Program-made: the position numbers and the translations under genes
Part shown: piece by piece, positions 26,401-37,800 of the stretch
How the letters are laid out: each line of letters opens with the position of its first letter
Numbering within the stretch: the stretch's first letter is position 1
Source: Macrostomum lignano
Lineage: Eukaryota
NCBI GenBank assembly: GCA_002269645.1
Contig: NIVC01001688.1
Location: 124,001-188,000 of the forward strand
Length of the DNA stretch: 64,000 bases
Direction: 5' to 3'
The notes under the pieces: generated by a model
What the model was told of the DNA's origin: nothing
Seen by the model: only the letters and a program-made list of their open reading frames with translations
Database searches by the model: none

Positions 26401-28559
26401 ACAGAACATACCGATATATTAGATCTATAGATCATGTCTACAGAACGTACCGATAGATTAGATCTATAGATCAAGTCTACAGAACATACCGATAGATTAG
26501 ATCTATTGATCATGTCTACAGAACGTACCGATAGATTAGATCTATAGATAAAGTCTACAGAACATACCGATAGATTAGATCTATAGATCATGTCTACAGA
26601 ACATACCGATAGATTAGATCTATAGATCATGTCTACAGAACGTACCGATAGATTAGATCTATAGATCAAGTCTACAGAACATATCGACAGATAAGATCTA
26701 TAGATCATGTCTACAGAATACCGATAGATTAGATCTATAGATCATGTCTACAGAATACCGATAGATTAGATCTATAGATCATGTCTACAGAATACCGATA
26801 GATTAGATCTATAGATCATGTCTACAGAACACACTAATAAATTAGATCTATAGATCATGTCTACAGAACATCCCGATAGATTAGATCTATAGATCATGTC
26901 TACAGAATACCGATAGATTAGATCTATAGCTCATGTCTACAGAACACACTAATAAATTAGATCTATAGATCATGTCTACAGAACATACCGATAGATTAGA
27001 TCTATAGATCATGTCTACAGAAAACACTAATAAATTAGATCTATAGATCATGTCTATAGAACATACCGATAAATTAGATCTATAGATCACGTCTACAGAA
27101 CACATCAATATGCCATCTACAGAGCAAAAAATATTAACAGAACCAGAAGCTAACGTAAAACTTGTTAAATCCCCTGTATAAATTTTGTGCTGTCTAATTT
27201 AGAAAATGCTTTGATTAAACTGAAGATATGATTATTAAGTGCGGTGCAGGTTATTAAACTTGATCTACACCTGTACTTTGCTTCTGTGCGGATAGATTAA
27301 GAAAAATTGTTGTAATTTAAAGTTCCATAAATAAATATCAAACTGTGTGACTATATCAAAATGAATTTAATAAGCAACACTGATGAGGGGTGAAAAACGA
27401 CAAAAACTAAAAAACACAACGAATAGTTAATATTTAAAAAGAGCCAAATGAACTTTCAATAACAGTTTGACTAACGTCTATCTAAATAGAGACACAGAAG
27501 CTTACGCACCTCGGGTTCCTGGATTAACAAAAAATAAAGGTTCATGTTGGACACTACTATAGATAGTACAGCTTGCAATTGAATAGTAATTCGAAATGAT
27601 ATATTTGAAATATAAATACTCATTAAAATAAATGTGTAATTCGGAGGTAGAATAACTAGATGGGCCACTCAGCACATTTGCGTGTAAGCTACTTTCAGTT
27701 CAGTAGTAAGTTAAACTGAAGCATTTTAATGCATTTTACAAGCCAGCGCTCATTTATTGGCTCTTACCCCCCTCAAACCCTCCAACCGCGCCTTCCCACA
27801 CTACCCCCGCCCCACCCCATTTTTTATTGCCTTCCTCGGAATTCCAGCCTAAAGCTGCCATGTACATTTCAGTGGACTGGCTAATGTACATTATTGCTGA
27901 ACCAATTAGCAAGTTGTTTCCGCCTGCAAGCTTGGGCTTCTAAACTTATCAAAGTCATTTCAGCTGGCTTAATTTTTGAAAAATAGCTTACGTTTTCTTT
28001 TTTGCTACTGAACTGAAAGTAGAAAGCTGTTTTACTGAGTATATATGCCTGAGTGGCCCATCTGGTTATTTTAGAATCTGTGGTGTAGACTAAAGAACTT
28101 GAGGTGCAGACTGAAGAATGAGAGGCCCAGATTGAGAGACCGGAGGCTGTGCGAGAGTTCAGGGGCAGAAGGGACACAATGGAGAAAACAGAACTTCAGC
28201 AAACTGCCAGATGACCCGGACAAACCTTGGTGCTGTCGAAGGCCAGGCCGATGCCCTGCATGCAGACCTGCAGGATGCCGTGCTCCCCGGAGGCGCTCTC
28301 CACGACCTCGTAGCGACCGCCGAACTCGCCTGTCTGACCTGCGGGGTGGGAGCCGGGGAGAGATGAAGAGGAGAATGAGGTCGTGGAGGAATAGAATGAA
28401 TCGGCTCCAGGCCGATGCGACACCGACCGTGAAAGTGAAGGACAGGGAGAATTTCCCACAAAGCTGGCCAGTTTCATTGTCGTAAAACAGTGAGCTTTTA
28501 ACCGCAGCTAAATTGATGGAAGGTCTGTCTGGCATGTCTGCCTGTCTGTCTGTCTGGCA

Positions 28560-28596
<37 letters not shown>

Positions 28597-28600
28597 GGCA

Positions 28601-28644
<44 letters not shown>

Positions 28645-28736
28645 CCTCTGTCTGTCTGTCTGTCTGTCTGTCTGTCCCTCTGTCTTTCTGTCTGTGTCTG
28701 TCTCGCATGTCTTTCTGGCATGTCTGGCTGTCTGGC

Positions 28737-28813
<77 letters not shown>

Positions 28814-31800
28814 GCCTGCCTGCCTGTTCACAAGCAAAACCCACCTGTCGCATCGCTGCGGGCGGTGCGGGCGGCCGCCCGGGCCATCTGGTCCCGGATG
28901 CAGCTGTACACGTCGCGGCACCGCTTGCTGTAGAAGACATTTTTAACAGCCGGAGCTCGGGTCGAGTCCGCCTGCGGCTGCTGGCCGGCCGCGGCGGCGT
29001 CCCTGCGCCAGAGAATGAGCACGCGAGTCTTGGGGCAGAAGGTCATGTTGACCAGCTTCTCGTACCACCAGCGGTCCACGATGGCGCCGGAGCAGGCTCG
29101 CAGTATGAGGCAGTCGTCGCAGACCTCCAGAAATCTCAAGTCGCCAGTTTTGTCCTGGCCGCAGTGCACGGCGAATGACTGCTTCTGCATGAAGCGGCTC
29201 AGCGGCGGCTTCAAATCCACGTCGTTGCCCGACATTCCGCCGGCGTGGTCGAGCAGCGCGTTGATCTGCTGGCTGTAGTGCAGCCCGATGTGGCTCTTGC
29301 CAAGCAGGCGGCGAATCTTCTTGCGCAGCTCGGCCGGGTCCACCCGCATCATCACCATGAAGGCGGTCAGGTTGTACAGCATCGTGCATAGCAGGCGGTC
29401 CTCGTCCAGCTCAAGGCGCTTGCGCTCCGCCCTGCCCAGCGACTCGTATCTGCCAGAGAAAGGGGGCGTTCCCGTCCGACAATGAGTCCGAGTCTTCTGC
29501 CCTTCCTTTCTAATCCGCTCCCTTCCTTTCTAATCCGCTCTCTTTCTTTCTAATCCTCTCACATCCTTTCTAATCCGCTCCCTTCCTTTCTAATCCGCTC
29601 CCTTCCTTTCTAATCCGCTCCCTTCCTTTCTAAACCGCTCCCTTCCTTTTTAATCCGCTCCCTTCCTTTCTAATCCGCTCCCTTCCTTTCTAATCCGCTC
29701 CCTTCCTTTCTAATCCGCTCCCTTCCTTTCTAATCCGCTCCCTTCCTTTCTAACCCGCTCCCTTCCTTTCTAACCCGCTCCCTTCCTTTCTAAACCGCTC
29801 CCTTCCTTTTTAATCCGCTCCCTTCCTTTCTAATCCGCTCCCTTCCTTTCTAACCCGCTCCCTTCCTTTCTAACCCGCTCCCTTCTTTTCTAATCCGCTC
29901 CCTTCCTTTCTAATCCGCTTCTTTTCTCTAAGAAGTTTTAGCGAAGCACTCCAACCTGGACATCATCTCATTCGGTCCCTGGTCCATGCCTACAATGTCG
30001 CGCTCAGTGGCCACAGCGTCTAAGAAGGCGTCCTCCCAAAACTGCAGATGGTCCCAAAGCTGGCTGCGGTCCTTGGAGACCAGCATCTCGAACAGATACG
30101 TCCGGCCGCTGTCCTCTGAGCTGCCGGGCGTGACTCGAACCTGCGTGAGATATTGGGTTGGTTAGAGCCCGTTTGACCTCTGTTTAGCCTACTTAATTCG
30201 ACACCAGGGGCGTCGCCACCGGGGACAGGGGGACATGTCTCACCCAGTAAAATCTATGGGGGGACATGCCAATGTTTTGTCCTCCGTGACCCGTTATGGA
30301 AATCAATAATTTTGCTTCAGTGAGACACAATATAGCACCTTCAGCGCCAAAATGAGTGCCTGCGGCGCCAAAATGAGTGCCTGCGGCGCCAAAATGAGTG
30401 CCTGCAGCAACAAAATGAGTGCTTGCAGCGCCAAAATGAGTGCCCGCAGCGCCAAAATGAGTGCCTGCGGCGCCAAAATGAGTGCCTGCGGCGCCAAAAT
30501 AAGTGCCTGCAGCAACAAAATGAGTGCCTGCGGCGCCAAAATGAGTGCCTGCAGCAACCAAATGAGTGCCTGCGGCGCCAAAATGAGTGCTTGCAGCAAC
30601 AAAATGAGTGCTTGCAGCGCCAAAATGAGTGCCCGCAGCGCCAAAATGAGTGCCTGCGGCGCCAAAATGAGTGCCTGCAGCAACAAAATGAGTGCTTGCA
30701 GCGCCAAAATGAGTGCCCGCAGCGCCAAAATGAGTGCCTGCGGCGCCAAAATGAGTGCCTGCGGCGCCAAAATAAGTGCCTGCAGCAACAAAATGAGTGC
30801 CTGCGGCGCCAAAATGAGTGCCTGCAGCAACCAAATGAGTGCCTGCGGCGCCAAAATGAGTGCCTGCAGCAACAAAATGAGTGCCTGCGGCGCCAAAATG
30901 AGTGCCTGCAGCAACAAAATGAGTGCCTGTGGCGCCAAAATGAGTGCCTGCGGCGCCAAAATGAGTGCCTGCAGCAACAAAATGAGTGCCTGCGGCGCCA
31001 AAATGAGTGCCTGCGGCGCCAAAATGAGTGCCTGTGGCGCCAAAATGAGTGCCTGCGGCGCCAAAATGAGTGCCTGCAGCAACAAAATGAGTGCCAGTGG
31101 CGCCAAAATGAGTGCCTGCGGCGCCAAAATGAGTGCCTGCAGCAACAAAATGAGTGCCTGCGGCGCCAAAATGAGTGCCTGCGGCGCCAAAATGAGTGCC
31201 TGTGGCGCCAAAATGAGTGCCTGCGGCGCCAAAATGAGTGCCTGCGGCGCCAAAATGAGCGCTGACAACGCCGATTCTGAAAACAATGTACATAAAGGAA
31301 TTTAGTCATGTACATGTATGTGTACAATTCTTGGCTTCGTCTCCCACCATAAAAACCCATGGCGACGCCCCTGTTCGACATGAAAACGGAGGCCGAACCT
31401 TCACTCCGCCAGTGTAGCGATAGCCAGACGAGCACCGGCTCTTTCCCGGCACGGTAGCCACCGCGGCCGACGCCGCCGCCGATGCCGCCGCGATTGTTGA
31501 CGCAGCCGGCGACACCAGACGCTGCTGCTGGTCGGAGGACGCAGCAGAGGGGGGTCGGATCAGCTGGTGATTGATGCTCGATACGCCGCTGCCGCCTCCG
31601 CCGCCTCCGCCGGGGTGCACACCAGCGCGGGTCTGTCCGATCATCTTCTGCACGAGCATGTCGCGCATCGGGTCCTGCGAGCTGCCGCCGCCGCCGCCAC
31701 TGCTTCCGCTGGCGCCGCTTCCGGCCCGACCGCGGACCTCAATGTTTTCATATTCTTCTCCATTCAGCACCACGGGCGGGCCTGTGGGTGGGGTGTGGGA

Positions 31801-34800
31801 TTTAGGGTAATGGGTTAGGATTTAGGGTAATGGGTTGGGATTTAGGGTAATGGGTTGGGATTTAGGGTAATGGGTTGGGATTTAGGGTAATGGGTTGGGA
31901 TTTAGGGTAATGGGTGTGGGATTTAGGGTAATGGGTTGGGATTTAGGGTAATGGGTGTGGGATTTAGGGTAATGGGTTGGGATTTAGGGTAATGGGTTGG
32001 GATTTAGGGTAATGGGTGTGGGATTTAGGGTAATGGGTTGGGATTTAGGGTAATGGGTTGGGATTTAGGGTAATGGGTTGGGATTTAGGGTAATGGGTTG
32101 GGATTTAGGGTAATGGGTTGGGATTTAGGGTAATGGGTTGGGATTTAGGGTAATGGGTTGGGATTTAGGGTAATGGGTTGGGATTTAGGGTAATGGGTTG
32201 GGATTTAGGGTAATGGGTTGGGATTTAGGGTAATGGGAGTGGGATTTAGAGTAATGGGTGTGGGATTTAGGGTAATGGGTTGGGATTTAGGGTAATGGGT
32301 TGGGATTTAGGGTAATGGGTGTGGGATTTAGGGTAATGGGTTGGGATTTAGGGTAATGGGTGTGGGATTTAGGGTAATGGGTGTGGGATTTAGGGTAATG
32401 GGTTGGGATTTAGGGTAATGGGTGTGGGATTTAGGGTAATGGGTTGGGATTTAGGGTAATGGGTGTGGGATTTAGGGTAATGGGTTGGGATTTAGGGTAA
32501 TGGGTTGGGATTTAGGGTAATGGGTTGGGATTTAGGGTAATGGGTTGGGATTTAGGGTAATGGGTTGGGATTTAGGGTAATGGGTGTGGGATTTAGGGTA
32601 ATGGGAGTGGGATTTAGGGTAATGGGTTGGGATTTAGGGTAATGGGTTGGGATTTAGGGTAATGGGTTGGGATTTAGGGTAATGGGTTGGGATTTAGGGT
32701 AATGGGAGTGGGATTTAGGGTAATGGGTTGGGATTTAGGGTAATGGGTGTGGGATTTAGGGTAATGGGTTGGGATTTAGGGTAATGGGTGTGGGATTTAG
32801 GGTAATGGGAGTGGGATTTAGGGTAATGGGAGTGGGATTTAGGGTAATGGGTTGGGATTTAGGGTAATGGGAGTGGGATTTAGGGTAATGGGTTGGGATT
32901 TAGGGTAATGGGAGTGGGATTTAGGGTAATGGGTTGGGATTTAGGGTAATGGGTGTGGGATTTAGGGTAATGGGTGTGAGATTTAGGGTAATGGGTGTGA
33001 GATTTAGGGTAATGAGTGTGGGATTGAGGGTAATGGGTGTGAGATTTAGGGTAATGGGTGTGGGATTGAGGGTAATGGGTGTGAGATTGAGGGTAATGGG
33101 TGTGAGATTTAGGGTAATGGGTGTGAGATTTAGGGTAATGGGTGTGGGATTGGGGGTAATGGGTGTGAGATTTAGGGTAATGGGTGTGAGATTTAGGGTA
33201 ATGGGTGTGGGATTGAGGGTAATGGGTGTGAGATTTAGGGTAATGGGTGTGAGATTTAGGGTAATGGGTGTGAGATTTAGGGTAATGGGTGTGGGATTGA
33301 GGGTAATGGGTGTGAGATTTAGGCTAATGAGTGTGGGATTTAGGCTAATGAGTGTGGGATTTAGGCTAATGAGTTTGGGATTTAGGGTAATGAGTGTGGG
33401 ATTTCGGGTAATGAGTGTGGGATTTAGGCTAATGAGTGTGGGATTTAGGGTAATGAGTGTGGGATTTCGGGTAATGAGTGTGGGATTTAGGCTAATGAGT
33501 GTGGGATTTAGGCTAATGAGTGTGGGATTTCGGGTAATGAGTGTGGGATTTAGGCTAATGAGTGTGGGATTTAGGCTAATGAGTGTGGGATTTAGGCTAA
33601 TGAGTGTGGGATTTAGGGTAATGAGTGTGGGATTTCGGGTAATGAGTGTGGGATTTAGGCTAATGAGTGTGGGATTTAGGCTAATGAGTGTGGGATTTAG
33701 GCTAATGAGTGTGGGATTTAGGCTAATGAGTGTGGGATTTAGGGTATAGGGTGAGATTTAAATTTATGCAGTGAAAATATGTGTTAGTATAAATCATTAC
33801 TAAGATAAGAACACATTTTACTTTCAGCACAACAACAAATATTACAATTTCGATTGCACAAATAAGTATGCATAAAAATTTAATGTTGGGCCTTCAAATT
33901 TAACGTAGTAATAGAAAAAAATCCGACCCATTCATGATGCAAATGGCTTCCTCTATCGGAAATCTTGTAAGCGGAACAGGTTCTAGAAGACAACATTGAT
34001 AAATAGACAACATTTCTAAAGCATGCCAATCATGCCAACGCTAAAGCATGACTACCAATAGGCTACAGGCTACTAGCTAGATAAGTAAAATATAAATTTA
34101 TACAAGTAAGCAACATGTAAAAAGAGCTTATTGGAAACAAATAAGCACGACGTGGACAGACAACCCTGTGAGCCTACAAACACCCCCGATGGTGTACAAG
34201 AGACCCTCTGAGCCTACAAACACCCCTGATGGTGTACAAGAGACCCTCTGAGCCTACAAACACCCCCCGATGGTGTACAAGAGACCCTCTGAGCCTACAA
34301 ACACCCCCGATGGTGTACAAGAGATCCTCAAGAGGCTACAAAAATCTAGTGTACAAAAACCCAGACAACCCCACCCCTAAGATAACCAGAAAAGCACACA
34401 AACACCTGCACGGGTATGAACATCTTAAACACAAAACCTCTGAACCCCTAAATGCCTAAGCCCCAACATCCAAAATTATGAATTCCCGGAAGTGTAGAGG
34501 TTCAAGCAGGGAAGCAGCATCAAAGGCAGCACAAACCTCGACTCTGTTTCCGGGGGCTGGCACCCCGGCTGCCGGCGTTACTGGCGACCTCTCGGATGTC
34601 CTTAAACCAACCGGCTGGACAAGAATGAGAGACAAGATAAAAACAACACGTGCATTAACGGACAAATACTTTAGACACACCTCAAGAGCACGTGAAAAAC
34701 ATAGGAAGTTAAACAATATGGATAAAACACAAATTTTCACCATAGGGTAGGTATGGTAGTTTTATAGGTCAGTTTTTCGTTACCGCGTGGCGGTAATATG

Positions 34801-37800
34801 ATAGTTAAGATAGTTATAAGCATAAAACTGCCTATTATCTTTGTCTTTGTTTGAAATTTAAATGAACTATATGAAAGATAAAATACAATGCTGCATCTTT
34901 ATAGACTTTGGATTTAGTAGACTGTAGTGGACTAGCACACTGACCCTCTCTGGGGGAGCTCAATTAACAACTAGTTCAGATGATTTAGTATAGTGGACTA
35001 GCACACTGACCCTCTCTGGGGGAGCTCAATTAACAACTAGTTCAGATGATTTAGTATAGTGGACTAGCACACTGACCCTCTCTGGGGGAGCTCAATTAAC
35101 AACTAGTTCAGATAACGATTTAGTATAGTGGACTAGCACACTGACCCTCTCTGGGGGAGCTTATTAACAACTAGTTCAGATAACGATTTAGTATAGTGGA
35201 CTAGCAGACTGACCCTCTCTGGGGGAGCTCAATTAACAACTAGTTCAGATAACGATTTAGTATAGTGGACTAGCAGACCGACCCTCTCTGGAGGAGCTCA
35301 ATTATTTAGTCAATGCAAATAGAATAAAACAAGTGGATAAAAACTAAAACTGTATTAAACATGACTTTGACCAGGATTTTTTTCGGGAAAAACGCAATAA
35401 CGCATACTGTTTAATAATGAATATGATCGCAGCTAATGCATTTGGCAACACCAAGATTTAGTCTGGTACCCAGTTAGCCAATGCGAGCTGGATGAAGGTT
35501 CAACCGTGAAGCTATCTAAATTTATCGTTTAAAAATACCTGACCCTTCGGTCGCGAGTAAAATAGAACTAGGCCGGCTCATGGTGGCCCGCTTCGGAGCT
35601 CCAACGATGGCCGACTCCCTAGCAACGCCACGGTGGCCGCTGAGCAGACTCAACAGTCGGAGCAGCATCCATGAGCTGCTGTTGGCAGAGACCGACGATT
35701 TGTCGTTTGACAACAGATTCTTGGTGGACTCGGCTGAGACAGATTTCATATTGAATTTCGTTGCAATATCTTCATTGTTTATTAATTATCAGGGTGTCAT
35801 AAAAGATGGGACAAGCAGAAAAGGGAAGCCCGGAAAAAAGCTGGCATTTTAAAGAGCCACATTGAGCACGAGACCGATGGAATTATGCAATATGTAGCTT
35901 ATCAAGCTTACCAACGGTAGTGACCAGCTTGGATGGGTCCAGGTCACCGCCAGCCGAATTTGAAGCCGAATTCGATAAACTGTCCTCGCTGCCAAATGGC
36001 GACAGGCGCTGGCGGATTGTGCAGTGGGGGTGGTGGAAACAGTGTGACCACACAGCGAATTTTGAAAATAATTGAGCAGGACAAAATTTTTTGAGCAGCA
36101 GCAACATTAGGCATTGTTTTTTTCATATAAAATAATTAACAAACAGAAAACAAAAAATTAACATTTCCAGTCATAAAAACCTTAAAAGTTTTTTTTGAAT
36201 CCAGTGACATTTTTTTTGAAGTCAGACAACGGCCCTCTGACACTGACGATTTTTGTATTTTCAAATTCCAGACTCCCCACTTCACTGCGCCGGTTTCAAA
36301 TCATATTCAAATCAAATTATTCAGTCTCACATCATATCTCAAATCATGTCTTAACTCAAATTAATATAGACTTTAAGTTTTTACTGGTATTATCGTCCAG
36401 CAATTCACTTCTTTTTCTTCGCAGCTGGCGCTTTTTTAGCCTGGCTGCTTTGGCGCTTCCGCAGTTGTTGATTTTGAGTTGTTGTTCCGCCTTTTGCAGC
36501 ATCTCCTGTGCCGCTTCTTATTTCGTCGATTACCTTTTGCTCAGCAGCTTTGTCCTCTTGATTTTTTGTCTTCTCCCGCTCATTGGCCTTCTGACGCTGC
36601 ATGTTTAGCTTTTTCTGAAGGCGGTTCATTACTTCTTCATGCTCCTTTGCCTTAGCACGTGCTTCGGCATTTGCACGGGCATCGAAGCTGAGGACCAACA
36701 GCAGGTTGTCTAGACGAGCGGGTTCAATTACTGTCGGCATAGCCTTAGCAATTAGGATGACTGTCTCTTCCAAATTCAATTGGTGATCGAGCAGTTGTTT
36801 TGCTCGATCACCAAGCGCAAGCCTCGTAGAAGTTTGCTTTCCAACGGCAGGTAGGCAAAGAAGCGACTGGTAAGCTCAACATAGAAGTCTCGCACTGCCT
36901 TAAAAAGCCCACTCGATCTATTTTGGGCAGGCGGCCAATAGTGGTCCTGGTGTTGGCTCCTATTATAAGGTCAGCGTTGACTGGCTGGTTAGAGCGATCC
37001 TTTGCAGCAGTGAAGAGATCGGAGAGTGATGTTGCCGCCTCCACCACGTCAGGACGAACAAATCTGAGCAGCATGTCGCTACAAAGCTGGTCAAGAGCGG
37101 CTAATAACAGGTGGATTTGCGTAGCTTCATGCTGAACCAACTTCTCAAAAATTGTTTTGAGCAGATAGTGACATTTATGAGTATATTTCAAAAAAATTTG
37201 CGCAATTGAGCAGAAAAATATAATAGTGCAAAATACTAAAATAGTGCAGGTGTTGTCACCATGGGTGGGAACGACCTTCCATAAATTTATGACGGGCAAG
37301 CTGTACATTCCTAGAAAATCCTGATGTCATTGCTATTTTTAGAAAGTACCTACAAATTCTAAGACGGACACACTATGCATTCCTAGACGCCGCCGTTGTT
37401 GTTAAAAGCTGTCTATGCACTCCAATGGGGAGTGCATTCCTAGAATACTCAATGACGTCACTGTTATTTTTAGAAATGAGCACGAAAATTTAAAATAAGA
37501 CCAACCTGCGCCGACTCCTGATTCCTAGCCAATCCACCAGCCTCCCTCTGCCAGTAGTGCGTGTGGGCCACCTCCAACAGCACCAAGGCCGAGGCCAGGC
37601 CGCCTTTGCCGCGGCTGGCAAAGCTCTGCTCCAGGCCAGCAACCATGGAGCGCAGCACGGAGAGCAGGCCTTTAAATACGGCTTTGCGCAGCGGCACATC
37701 GGCCAGGTGCTGATCGTGACTCGTATCGCTGAGCTTGTCGCCAAGATTGTGGTTCAACCGGGACAGCAGCAGGTTTCTATAGTTCTCATTCTCCATTAGG

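Noticed and set aside
30140-31399. AG|GTTCG direct repeat at both ends of one MADD intron, suggesting intron gain by duplication
   Set aside because: Only 7 nt, of which AG|GT is splice consensus; too short to distinguish from chance.
31786-33752. True interstitial telomere or chromosome fusion site
   Set aside because: TTAGGG occurs once per 20/21-bp unit, never as tandem hexamers, and there is no head-to-head inversion.
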